In this document: positions 39,910 through 49,185 of the stretch, piece after piece
Layout of the letters: each line of letters starts with the position of its first letter
Position numbering within the stretch: position 1 is the first letter of the stretch
Assembly (NCBI GenBank): GCA_946488855.1
Contig: CAMLWC010000005.1
Span: 1 to 49,185, forward strand
Reading direction: 5' to 3'
Source of the DNA: an uncultured Mycoplasmatota bacterium
GTDB taxonomy: Bacteria > Bacillota_I > Bacilli_A > RF39 > UBA660
DNA: 49,185 bases
Position numbers and translations under genes: made by a program
The notes under the pieces: model-generated
The model's database searches: none
Seen by the model: the letters and a program-made list of their open reading frames with translations, nothing else
Told to the model about the DNA's origin: nothing

Positions 39910-42751
39910 CTTCAAAGTATTTTTCCATCTCCTTACTTGATAATCCAAAATACCACTTAACGCTATTTAACATAAAACTTCTTCTTTTTTTGATATAATT
40001 TTCTAATTTATCTAATTCGCTATACCAGGTAGACATCGTATAACCCCATCTTTCTTGGTTACGAGGCATTTCCGGTTCGATTAATTTTTTTAGTTCATTA
40101 AATCTATTTAAAACATTACTATCTGTCCAAACATTATTCATATTATAAGATAATCTTTCTAAAAATAGTTGTTTAAATTCTTTATTTTGTAATAATCTAA
40201 TTAATAATGTATTATCATAACCATATTCGCCCATACCATCAGGATTAAGCATCCAAGATAAGTAATTAAAGCCATAGTTATAAAAGGCAAAGTCAAAATC
40301 ATAAAAAATCATTTTAATTTTACCATTATCTAATAATGAATTATTAAAATATCTTAAGTTAACGATGTCATTATTAGTAGTATATAACTCTCCTATCCAA
40401 AAATCAATATAGTTTTCGATATCTAGCATTTCCTTTACTTTGTTGTAATTATTACTATTTGTCATATCGTTATTTTTAACAAAGTTTAATAATTTAGTAT
40501 AAAAATCACGAGTACCATATTTTACTTCGCCATCGATTCTTAATATATTAGAATAACTACCATCGACATTATAATTGTTTTCGATATAGTCTTCATCAAC
40601 TTTTTCTCTTAAGTAATATATTCCCCAATATTTACCGTTAACATATAAAATAACTGGTTTATAGGCTTGAACATCGACTGTACCGTAATCATCCATAATC
40701 GATGTTGCAAGTTCATCTCTTATCATCGAATATTGCCCATCTTGTGATCCACTTCTTATAACTAATGATTTATAATTAGTGGCTTCTCTATTATCAAAGA
40801 CCTTGTATTCTAATGATGAATCACCATATTTTGAAGAAAATTTTAAAGCAAAACTTTTTTTAGGTATATATCTTGTGCTTCCACCAAATAGTTTTAATCC
40901 ACAATCAATTGTAAATGAACCATCACTTTCAAATAATTCGGCGTGAGTTGGTAGAGTTAAAGATGAACCGCCAGCATTTAATACCCTATTAAAATCACTA
41001 GGATCCATTCCAAGTGATAAAACAGGTAAAGTATGATTTTCATTAATGATATAAGAAGCAGTTACGATTTCACTAGTTTTTTTATCTTTTTCATAATTTA
41101 TGATTCTAACAACTGTTGTTTTAGATAAAACAATAGGACTATCATATACTTTAGAACTAGTCGTTGGTTCACTTCCATCCAAAGTATAATATATAGTCCC
41201 TGAACCAGTTATTTCTACCGTTAATTTATCAACATCATTATATATTCCTGGTTTAGTATCAAAAGTTGGTGTATATGCAATAGCACTAATACCTGAGCCA
41301 TTACTTTTACCAGGAGTTGGTGTTTTGAAATAATAAAATCCATCTTTATTTCTGCCATAACTATATTCTTTTGGTACACTTGAAACAAATACTGAATCAA
41401 TTAATTCACCATTTTTATATAAATATAAACTTTCGGTAGATGATATTTTAAAATTAGCGTGTTTATATTTACTATTACTATTATTTATATCACCAGATGC
41501 CATTAAAATATAATATTCACCTGGATTTAATTCTTTATCTTCTAATTTATATAGATTAATATTATCAACATCAGTAGTTATTGTATAATCACTTAATTTA
41601 ATAGTTTTATCACTATTGTTATATAACTCAATCCAATCATAATAATTACCACCATTTTGTGGTAAATAAGTGTTATTGCTTGTCATAACTTCATTTATCA
41701 TTAAATCTTTAGGATTACTACGATATTCTTTATTAAATTTTTCTATGTCACTATTATCATAACCAGGGCTAATATTTATACCTTCATAAAATGTTCCATT
41801 ATTTTTGATATAAGCATAACCACCTGTTACATTAGTATAATCAACTTGTTCAACTATTTTATTATTTTTAGATAATATTATTGTTCCTGAATTTTTATTT
41901 AATTTAAAATCGGTATTATTAATATTATCTAATTCAGTTGTATAAAATAAATATACTTCATTACTCTTTAATGTAATGTCAGGTAGTTTCCAAGAAAATG
42001 GTTCACTATAATCATTAGATAAAAAATAGTCTCTTAAATTTATTGTTTCACTACCGGTATTTTTAACTTCAATATAAGATAAAAAATTACCATTTATACT
42101 AAAATTACCTTTATTATTTGGTAAAAATTCATTTATTATTAAATAATCTTCTGTTGTTTTCAATGATTCTAAATATTTGTTTCTTCCTTCATTATTATTG
42201 TCAAAACCTGGTGTTATTTCAGTTGTTTTAAACCAATTACCATCGCCATTTCTTGCCATTGTTATGTTCTTATCTAAACTTTCTGTTCTAATTGAATCAA
42301 CTACTTTACCATTTTGTTTTTTTAAAGTAAGTAATTCGCCACCTTCTTTTCTTAAAGCAAAATTAGCATACAATCCTTCATTGTTAGTTCCTGATAAATA
42401 AATAATTAAATATTCTTTACTTTTGATTGTCACATTTGGAAATATCCATTTTGATTTTCCTGATTCTTCATCACTTAAAGTATAATTCGCTAAATCAATA
42501 TCTTCACTAGAACCATTATATAGTTCAATCCAATCGTAGATATTACCATTTATATCAGCATATGCTCCTTTATTAGAAGTCATTATTTCATTTATTACTA
42601 ATTGATTTATATTAATTTGATCATCACTTAACGAACCAAATATATCTTCTTTATTATTTATTAACAAATCAATTAATGCTAATAAAATAGTTACAACAAT
42701 TAATATTATAATCAATAAGGCATTATCTTTTAATTTATCTTTCTCGAACAT
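39902..42751 (-). CDS. Membrane-anchored CotH-family kinase with three lamin-tail domains and an Fn3-like domain
   Basis: Three INE....N...(D/S)(W/Y)IE repeats; IYYTLDGSEP; KKSFAL, YVNGKYWGIYYLRE, YDFDFAF. Confidence 0.88.
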   Translation of the reverse strand: MFEKDKLKDNALLIIILIVVTILLALIDLLINNKEDIFGSLSDDQININQLVINEIMTSNKGAYADINGNIYDWIELYNGSSEDIDLANYTLSDEESGKSKWIFPNVTIKSKEYLIIYLSGTNNEGLYANFALRKEGGELLTLKKQNGKVVDSIRTESLDKNITMARNGDGNWFKTTEITPGFDNNNEGRNKYLESLKTTEDYLIINEFLPNNKGNFSINGNFLSYIEVKNTGSETINLRDYFLSNDYSEPFSWKLPDITLKSNEVYLFYTTELDNINNTDFKLNKNSGTIILSKNNKIVEQVDYTNVTGGYAYIKNNGTFYEGINISPGYDNSDIEKFNKEYRSNPKDLMINEVMTSNNTYLPQNGGNYYDWIELYNNSDKTIKLSDYTITTDVDNINLYKLEDKELNPGEYYILMASGDINNSNSKYKHANFKISSTESLYLYKNGELIDSVFVSSVPKEYSYGRNKDGFYYFKTPTPGKSNGSGISAIAYTPTFDTKPGIYNDVDKLTVEITGSGTIYYTLDGSEPTTSSKVYDSPIVLSKTTVVRIINYEKDKKTSEIVTASYIINENHTLPVLSLGMDPSDFNRVLNAGGSSLTLPTHAELFESDGSFTIDCGLKLFGGSTRYIPKKSFALKFSSKYGDSSLEYKVFDNREATNYKSLVIRSGSQDGQYSMIRDELATSIMDDYGTVDVQAYKPVILYVNGKYWGIYYLREKVDEDYIENNYNVDGSYSNILRIDGEVKYGTRDFYTKLLNFVKNNDMTNSNNYNKVKEMLDIENYIDFWIGELYTTNNDIVNLRYFNNSLLDNGKIKMIFYDFDFAFYNYGFNYLSWMLNPDGMGEYGYDNTLLIRLLQNKEFKQLFLERLSYNMNNVWTDSNVLNRFNELKKLIEPEMPRNQERWGYTMSTWYSELDKLENYIKKRRSFMLNSVKWYFGLSSKEMEKYFEDV

Positions 42752-42861
42752 TGGAACCACCTTACATTAATAATAACACATAAATAAATTTTCTACAATA
42801 TAATAATTGTCTATTTGTTATAAATTTGATATAATTATGACATTGTATGAGGAGTAAAAAT

Positions 42862-44181
42862 ATGATTAGTGATAAAAAGCAAAAAATCTTTAATTTAATT
42901 AGTTTAAGTATTATTATTTTTTTTGGTTTATTTTATTTAAGTAGATTAATTTACTTTAAAATATTGAATGATAAAAAAATAGTCTACTCTGATTTATTAG
43001 CAGAACAAATTAAACAAAGAACTTATAAATACGAAGCAATTCCAACTTTAATTGAAGAAGATGGCGTTTACAGATTCGCTAATGATGCAAAAAATAATTA
43101 TGTAAAGTTTATGGGATATATTTGGCGTATTGTAAAAGTTAACGACGATAATACCATTACTATAATAACTGAAGATAATATAATTTCACTTGCTTATAAT
43201 AGTGATAATTTTGATAATTCACAAATAAAAAATTGGTTAAATGAAGAAACATTCTCTAATTCATTGGATACAAGTTATATGACTACTACTAAAACTTGTC
43301 TTGATAGTTTTGATTCTATCAATAATATAAGTTGTAAAAAAACAAATAATTTTGATATTTCTTTATTAAGCGTTGAAGATTATACTAAAGCAGGTGCTAC
43401 TAATAGTTATTTAAATAATGGAGAATATTTTTGGACAACTAACAATTATCAAAATAAATATTGGTACATATCTAATAAAGGAAAATTAGGTTTGGCTGAT
43501 AATAGTATGACATATGGTATTAGACCGGTTATAACTTTAAATAGTGATACTAAAGTTATAAATGGTAATGGAACTGTTGATAATCCTTATGAAATTATTG
43601 AACATAATCCTAAAACTTTGAAAGATATTTATATTGGTGAATATTTAACTTTAAATGATACTTTATGGCGAGTAGTTTCAAAAAATAATAATAATATTAA
43701 ATTAGTAAGTGAAAATTATATTAAAGATGAAAATGGTATTTTAGAAACTTATTATAGTGATTACAATAATGAAGCTGATATAGATTATGAAAATAGTTTA
43801 TTATATTATTTAAATAATACTTATTACAACAATTTTAAAGAAAAAGAATTAATTGATAAAGATATTTTTTATACAGGTGGCATTGATAGTGATTATCAAA
43901 CTATATATAAATCTACTATTGAAGCTTATGTAGGATTATTATCAATTGTTGAACCATTTATTTACGATTTTGGTAATGTCTTTACACTTTCTAAAAATAT
44001 TAATAATGATTTAGGTATTTTTGTAATTGATGAAAATAAAATGTTATTCGAAGATACAGTTGATTCATTACATTATGTTCGCCCTGCTATTCATATTAAG
44101 AATGATGTAAATATTAAAAGTGGCGAAGGAACTTATTTATCACCATATATTTTAGGAGATGATAATAATGAAGAATCTTAA
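42862..44181 (+). CDS. Membrane-anchored protein with two tandem DUF6273-like domains
   Basis: N-terminal TM; repeats NYVKF...WRIV...YGIRPVI...GNGT..NPY and EYLTL...WRVV...VRPAI...GEGT..SPY. Confidence 0.65.
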   Translation: MISDKKQKIFNLISLSIIIFFGLFYLSRLIYFKILNDKKIVYSDLLAEQIKQRTYKYEAIPTLIEEDGVYRFANDAKNNYVKFMGYIWRIVKVNDDNTITIITEDNIISLAYNSDNFDNSQIKNWLNEETFSNSLDTSYMTTTKTCLDSFDSINNISCKKTNNFDISLLSVEDYTKAGATNSYLNNGEYFWTTNNYQNKYWYISNKGKLGLADNSMTYGIRPVITLNSDTKVINGNGTVDNPYEIIEHNPKTLKDIYIGEYLTLNDTLWRVVSKNNNNIKLVSENYIKDENGILETYYSDYNNEADIDYENSLLYYLNNTYYNNFKEKELIDKDIFYTGGIDSDYQTIYKSTIEAYVGLLSIVEPFIYDFGNVFTLSKNINNDLGIFVIDENKMLFEDTVDSLHYVRPAIHIKNDVNIKSGEGTYLSPYILGDDNNEES

Positions 44182-45166
44182 TAAATTAACTATTGTAACG
44201 ATTTGCTTAGATATTTGTCTTGTTGTATTTTTATTTATTGTATATGGTCCATTTTCTAGTTTTAGAAATTGGTTTATAACAACTGCTTTAGCTACAGGTA
44301 ATCACAAATATTTTGCTAATGTATTATATTCTGATAATAGTATTATTAAAGCTTTGCAAGATAATTTATTAGTCGAAGTAAATGAAGGAACTGATGCTTC
44401 AGAAATAATATTTGATAATTCGCCAAAAGAAAATTACGATTCTATATATGAACAACAAATATTAGAAAGAGATGAAGGCGCATTATACAAATTAATTGAA
44501 ATTGATGAAAAAGATTATAATGGTTACTTAGTTGCGATTTATGATGCTTCACGAGTTGATTTAGTGAGTTCATCTAGAATTAATTATGGTGGTCAATTGC
44601 TTTCAACACTAAGTAAAGAACAAGAAGCCATCGTCGCTATTAATGCTAGTGGATTTTCAATAAAAAATAAAGTTTTAATTCCAACTGGAACTGTTATTCA
44701 AAATGGTAAAGTTGTATCAGTTGGATCACCTAATCGTCATGGTGGTGGATTAATTGGATTTAATAATGATAATGTTTTAGTTTTAACTACTGATAGTGCA
44801 GAAAATGCTATTAAAAATGGTATGAGAGATGCAGTTACTTTTGGACCTTTCTTAATTGTCAATGGTAAATCTGCTCAAGTAAGTGGCAATGGTGGTTGGG
44901 GGTATGCTAACAGAACTGGTATTGCTCAAAGAAAAGATGGTATCGTATTATTTTTAGTTATCGATGGCAGAGGAGCAAATAGCAGTAATGGTATTTCAAT
45001 TGCGGATATGATTTCTTTATTTGAAAAATATGGTGCTTACAATGCTGCTAATTTAGATGGTGGTGGTTCATCAGCATTAACGATAAATGGTGAATTAATA
45101 AATGACCCAAGAGGCTTTGGATATACAGGTGAAAGGTATTTACCAAATGCTTGGATAGTAAAATAA
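44168..45166 (+). CDS. Phosphodiester glycosidase (NAGPA/DUF2233/EpsL-like) family protein
   Basis: AINASGF, FGPFLI, RTGIAQ, VIDGR, ANLDGGGSS. Confidence 0.92.
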   Translation: MKNLNKLTIVTICLDICLVVFLFIVYGPFSSFRNWFITTALATGNHKYFANVLYSDNSIIKALQDNLLVEVNEGTDASEIIFDNSPKENYDSIYEQQILERDEGALYKLIEIDEKDYNGYLVAIYDASRVDLVSSSRINYGGQLLSTLSKEQEAIVAINASGFSIKNKVLIPTGTVIQNGKVVSVGSPNRHGGGLIGFNNDNVLVLTTDSAENAIKNGMRDAVTFGPFLIVNGKSAQVSGNGGWGYANRTGIAQRKDGIVLFLVIDGRGANSSNGISIADMISLFEKYGAYNAANLDGGGSSALTINGELINDPRGFGYTGERYLPNAWIVK

Positions 45167-45170
45167 CAAG

Positions 45171-46196
45171 TCAATTGACTTGTTTTAATTTTTTAAAAAT
45201 TTGATTAGCTATATATTTTCTTCTATTTAACAATAATTTATTTTCTCTAGTTGGATGAATGCGATTTGATAAAAAAATAAAACCAATTTTATTATCACGA
45301 TCAATAATCAAAGTATTTCCGGTAAACCCTGTATGATATATCGTATTATCACTACATAACCAACCAGTTGATTTACTCTTACCAACACCCCAACCAATTG
45401 ATCTTATATTCTTTTGTTTTCCTTTTACTAATGGCTTGAACCATAAATCAATATATTCTTTTTTTATAAATTGATTATTCCCTACTTTTCCATTATTCAA
45501 AATCATTAAAATAAATTTTATCATATCATTTATATTAGAAAAAAGACCAGCTGCTCCACACACACCATCTAACATACATGCTTTTTCATCATGAACGATA
45601 CCTCTTACTACACCTCTTTTTTCTGTCACTTCAGTTGATGCACATATTTCTTTATTTTCAGGATTAAAACAAGTATTAGTCATTTTTAATGGCTTTAAAA
45701 TTTCATTATAAACAACTTTGTCAAATGGTAAATTGTATATTTTTTCAATTATAAATCCTAAAAATATAAAGTTTAAATCTGAATATATAACATCTGATTC
45801 AGTTTCATAAAATAATTCTTTATTATAAAAGAAATTAATTAATTCTTCTTTATTATGAACATTATCCCATTTTACATCAGCAATTAACCCTGATGTATGG
45901 GTTAATAAATGATAAATTGTTATATTATTATATTTGAATCGTGGTAAATAATCTTTAACATAATCAGTTAATTTAATTTTATTTTCTTGTAATAATTTTG
46001 TAATAATAGTATTAGTTGCTATGACTTTAGTTAAAGAAGCTAAATCATATAAAGTATCAATAGAATTTTTTTCAATTTTAGGTATTAATGATTTATTACC
46101 AACACTATTCATTTCAATACCTTTTTCTGTTACAATTGCATAATTACATCCAGGAAATACATTTTGTTTTACTAACTTTTCTAAATACTCTTTCAT
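45171..46196 (-). CDS. Serine hydrolase, beta-lactamase class C/esterase family
   Basis: SLTK (SxxK), LLTHTSG, YSD, HTGFTG; no signal peptide. Confidence 0.9.
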   Translation of the reverse strand: MKEYLEKLVKQNVFPGCNYAIVTEKGIEMNSVGNKSLIPKIEKNSIDTLYDLASLTKVIATNTIITKLLQENKIKLTDYVKDYLPRFKYNNITIYHLLTHTSGLIADVKWDNVHNKEELINFFYNKELFYETESDVIYSDLNFIFLGFIIEKIYNLPFDKVVYNEILKPLKMTNTCFNPENKEICASTEVTEKRGVVRGIVHDEKACMLDGVCGAAGLFSNINDMIKFILMILNNGKVGNNQFIKKEYIDLWFKPLVKGKQKNIRSIGWGVGKSKSTGWLCSDNTIYHTGFTGNTLIIDRDNKIGFIFLSNRIHPTRENKLLLNRRKYIANQIFKKLKQVN

Positions 46197-46796
46197 TTAC
46201 ATCTCTTTCATTATTTTTTTTAATTTTGTTTTTATTCTTTGTATTGTATTATCAATTACTTTAGGTTCTTTTTCTAATATTTCAGCAATTTCCTTGTAAT
46301 TAAAATAATTTTTTTTAAGTTCAAATACTTGCTTTTCTAAATCAGTTAATTGATTATTTAATTCACTTAATATTTTTTCTTGATAATCATTTTCTTCTAC
46401 CATATTAGATGGATTATTAGAATTATCAATTAAAAATCTATCAATATTATTTTCTTCTTCATCCTCTAATGAAATTGATTCATTTAGTATTTTATTTTTA
46501 TATGTTCTTGTACTTTTAACTAAACTATACATCCTTCTTTCAATACATAGCTTAGCATATGTTCCAAAATTTGTTTCTTTATCTTCCCTAAATGAATTAA
46601 TTGCTTCATTTAATCCTACTAATCCTTCTTGAATCAAATCATTTAAATCTATGCCACCATTACAATATTTTATAAGTTTTTTAGCTAAATTAATAGTTAA
46701 AGGACGGTATTTATATATAATTATTTCATTAGCATTTTCATTACAACTATAAATATGATCTAATAATTCATAATCATTAAAATCTTTATAATTCAT
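46197..46796 (-). CDS. sigH: Sigma factor SigH
   Basis: DLIQEG..GL..AI..F, KVIDNTIQRIK.KL; downstream of rlmB. Confidence 0.85.
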   Translation of the reverse strand: MNYKDFNDYELLDHIYSCNENANEIIIYKYRPLTINLAKKLIKYCNGGIDLNDLIQEGLVGLNEAINSFREDKETNFGTYAKLCIERRMYSLVKSTRTYKNKILNESISLEDEEENNIDRFLIDNSNNPSNMVEENDYQEKILSELNNQLTDLEKQVFELKKNYFNYKEIAEILEKEPKVIDNTIQRIKTKLKKIMKEM

Positions 46797-46798
46797 AC

Positions 46799-47458
46799 CT
46801 ACCTCCTAGTTTCAAATATGATGATACCTGCTGCCACTGAAGCATTTAAACTATTAACTTCTCCTTGCATAGGAATTGTTGCTATAAAATCACAAGATTC
46901 TTTTACTAATCTACTTATACCATTTCCTTCATTACCAATTATTATAACTATTTTACCTTTATAATCAATTTTTTTATAATCAGTTCCTTCCATATCTGTT
47001 CCAATAACCCAATAATTATTTTTTTTAAGATAATTAATTGTTTGAACTAAATTAGTAACTTCATAAATATTAACTCTATCTAAACATCCGGCACTTGTTT
47101 TCATAACTGTACTATTTACTTTAACGCTTCTATCTCTAGGAATTATTATATCTTTAATTCCTGCTGCTTCACATGTTCTAATTATTGCTCCAAAATTATG
47201 AGGATCTTCTAAATGATCTAGCATGACCACAATATCGCTATTTAATTCACTTATATCTTTATACTCATAATCAGCTATTTTTAAAACTATTCCTTGATGA
47301 ACCCCATCAACCATTTTATCTAATTTATTTTTATCAACATAAACTATAGGGGCTTTAATATTTTTAAGTATTTCTTTATCTTTAAAATTATTAGAAACAT
47401 AAACTTTTTCAATTTTACTATTAATATCTTTAGCTACATTTTTACCATATACGTACAT
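46799..47458 (-). CDS. rlmB: 23S rRNA Gm2251 methyltransferase
   Basis: HQG, DPHNFGAIIRT, GNEG.G, SLNASVA. Confidence 0.93.
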   Translation of the reverse strand: MYVYGKNVAKDINSKIEKVYVSNNFKDKEILKNIKAPIVYVDKNKLDKMVDGVHQGIVLKIADYEYKDISELNSDIVVMLDHLEDPHNFGAIIRTCEAAGIKDIIIPRDRSVKVNSTVMKTSAGCLDRVNIYEVTNLVQTINYLKKNNYWVIGTDMEGTDYKKIDYKGKIVIIIGNEGNGISRLVKESCDFIATIPMQGEVNSLNASVAAGIIIFETRR

Positions 47459-47817
47459 AATAACTCTCCTATTTCTTCTATTCTTTTATAATCATTTTTC
47501 AAATATAAATAACCTATTATTGCTTCAAAACCTGTTGCATATTTATAAGTTATAATATCAGTGTTTTTAGGATGAGAATTAGATTTATGATTTCTTCCTC
47601 TATAAAATATTTCTAATTCTTCAGAAGACAATTTATTTTCTTCGATTAATTTAGTAACAAAACTACATTGTCCTTTAGCACTTACATATTTAATAGCTTC
47701 TTTTTGTAATGTATTTACTTTATTAATACCTTGATCTATCAAATATTTTCTTACTATTATTTCAAAAACACTATCACCTAAATAAGCTAAAACTAAAACA
47801 TTTTTATCCAATTTCAT
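47434..47817 (-). CDS. mrnC: Mini-ribonuclease III
   Basis: LAYLGDSVFE, RGRN, YKYATGFEAIIGYLY. Confidence 0.94.
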   Translation of the reverse strand: MKLDKNVLVLAYLGDSVFEIIVRKYLIDQGINKVNTLQKEAIKYVSAKGQCSFVTKLIEENKLSSEELEIFYRGRNHKSNSHPKNTDIITYKYATGFEAIIGYLYLKNDYKRIEEIGELLCTYMVKM

Positions 47818-48667
47818 CAACCCTATCAAAAGTTATATTTTTGATATAACCATTTTTAATATCATTTATTATAACATTAATTACTTTATCATAATCAACT
47901 TGTCCACCTTTAATTAAACAACCTCTTTTTTTACCAATTATATCAAAAGTATCGATTATATCTTCAGTTATTTCTTCAATTCCATATCTTTCTTTTAATT
48001 TATTTTTATAGTATTTATTTAAAGTATTTAAAATATATTCACACACATCAAATAAAGGTAATATCTCTTCTTTAATTGCTGTTAAACTAGCAAGATTTAA
48101 AGCTACTTTTTGATTATCTAATTTAGGCCATAAAATACCTGGTGTATCTAATAATTCTAATTCATTATTTATTCTAATCCAATTTAATTGTTTTGTAACA
48201 CCTGGTTTATTTCCTACATCTACTGCTTTTTTACCAACCAATCTATTTAATAAAGTTGATTTACCAACATTAGGAATACCTATTATTAATACTCTAGTTC
48301 TTCTTTTTAATAATCCCTTTTGTTCTCTTTTTTCATTTTTTTCTTTCATTATTTCACTAGTTAAATTAAATAAAGGTTTTAAATTTGGTTTATTTTCTAA
48401 ATCAATTGGTAAAACATTATAACCTTTTTCTTCATAATATTTTATCCATTTATCTGTTTCTTTTTTATCACATAAATCATACTTAGTCATTATTAATATT
48501 CTTGGTTTATTTTTTATTACTTCATCAATATCTTTTATTTTTGATGAATAAGGCATTCTTGCATCGATTACTTCATAAACTATATCTATTAAATCTAGTT
48601 GTTCTTTTACAAGTCTTTTGGTTTTTGCCATATGCCCTGGGTACCATTGAATTGGATTATTATTCAT
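47804..48667 (-). CDS. rbgA: Ribosome biogenesis GTPase RbgA/YlqF
   Basis: IQWYPGHM, DAR, GIPNVGKS, DTPG. Confidence 0.96.
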   Translation of the reverse strand: MNNNPIQWYPGHMAKTKRLVKEQLDLIDIVYEVIDARMPYSSKIKDIDEVIKNKPRILIMTKYDLCDKKETDKWIKYYEEKGYNVLPIDLENKPNLKPLFNLTSEIMKEKNEKREQKGLLKRRTRVLIIGIPNVGKSTLLNRLVGKKAVDVGNKPGVTKQLNWIRINNELELLDTPGILWPKLDNQKVALNLASLTAIKEEILPLFDVCEYILNTLNKYYKNKLKERYGIEEITEDIIDTFDIIGKKRGCLIKGGQVDYDKVINVIINDIKNGYIKNITFDRVDEIG

Positions 48668-48762
48668 TTTCATCACTTCCTCATAAATCTATTATATTAT
48701 ATCATGTTTTTACCCAAAGAAAAAAGTAGATACAAATATACTCTATAAATTGTAATTTGCAA

Positions 48763-49116
48763 CTATTTTAGCATTTCATTTAATTCTTCTAGTGATAGTC
48801 CTCTAATTAGCATACGATTATCTTTTTCATCAATAACAAACTTCATAAGTTTGTTTATTGCCTCATAATAATCTATATCACCTAAAACTCCATTATTTGT
48901 TGTACTTACAAGCACTAGTTTCCACTCATCAACTTCTGTATTATCTACTTTATACAATAATCTTGGATTTCTAGGAAAAGAAGTTAAAGTGTCCTCTGTT
49001 AATGCAAATGCACCAAACGGCTTACCATCTTTACCATTATAAAAATTTGGATTTCCTACATAGGCATTTTCCCAATCATTATTTTCTTTTTTCTTAAATT
49101 TATCAAATAATCCCAT
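48763..49116 (-). CDS. Hypothetical protein (possibly resembling the DUF4299 C-terminal part)
   Basis: RBS GGAGGAG; MGLFDKFKKK start; family resemblance from memory only. Confidence 0.6.
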   Translation of the reverse strand: MGLFDKFKKKENNDWENAYVGNPNFYNGKDGKPFGAFALTEDTLTSFPRNPRLLYKVDNTEVDEWKLVLVSTTNNGVLGDIDYYEAINKLMKFVIDEKDNRMLIRGLSLEELNEMLK

Positions 49117-49185
49117 AATCAATCTCCTCCACAAATTACTATTTATCTAACTATTATTTCCTATTTTCTTATTTTCAAATAATAA

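Noticed and set aside
45171-46196. True beta-lactam resistance gene
   Set aside because: No signal peptide; the motifs fit cytoplasmic esterase/peptidoglycan-recycling members of the family, and resistance cannot be inferred.
898-48729. Short antisense or alternate-frame ORFs in the track (e.g. 898-1158, 1486-1794, 3640-3945, 19850-20167, 22930-23280, 29282-29542, 48502-48729)
   Set aside because: They lie inside well-supported genes, lack RBSs and have shadow-frame composition.
1-49185. CRISPR array, rRNA or intact integrase/IS
   Set aside because: No regularly spaced repeats, rRNA-like sequence or complete recombinase/transposase ORF was seen.

Overview
Very AT-rich chromosomal window of a small-genome, spore-former-like Bacillota. 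It is most consistent with gut Bacilli of the RF39/Erysipelotrichales-Mollicutes neighbourhood, which is an inference; TGA is used as a stop, so the code is 11. Most genes are on the minus strand. The housekeeping backbone comprises uppS-cdsA-rseP, rpsP-khpA, metK with a SAM-I riboswitch, miaB, RNase J2, folD, glyA, secE-nusG-rplK-rplA-rplJ-rplL-rsmC-rpoB-rpoC, rbgA-mrnC-rlmB-sigH, four intact tRNAs, and sporulation genes (cotE, sigG, ylmC, sigH). There are two accessory zones. The first is the left edge, with a chimeric mobile-element remnant next to tRNA-Arg(CCT) and an orphan 5' half of a second tRNA-Arg. The second is about 13.5 kb sitting between sigH and secE. It holds the best candidate for an undescribed system: an LRR/coiled-coil MoxR-type AAA+ ATPase, a vWA-like partner and an ankyrin-like protein in one overlapping operon, followed by a calcineurin-like phosphoesterase and divergent from a LysR regulator. 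It also holds a lamin-tail/CotH kinase-VTC-DUF4956 cluster. All family calls come from motif recognition by eye; no searches were run.
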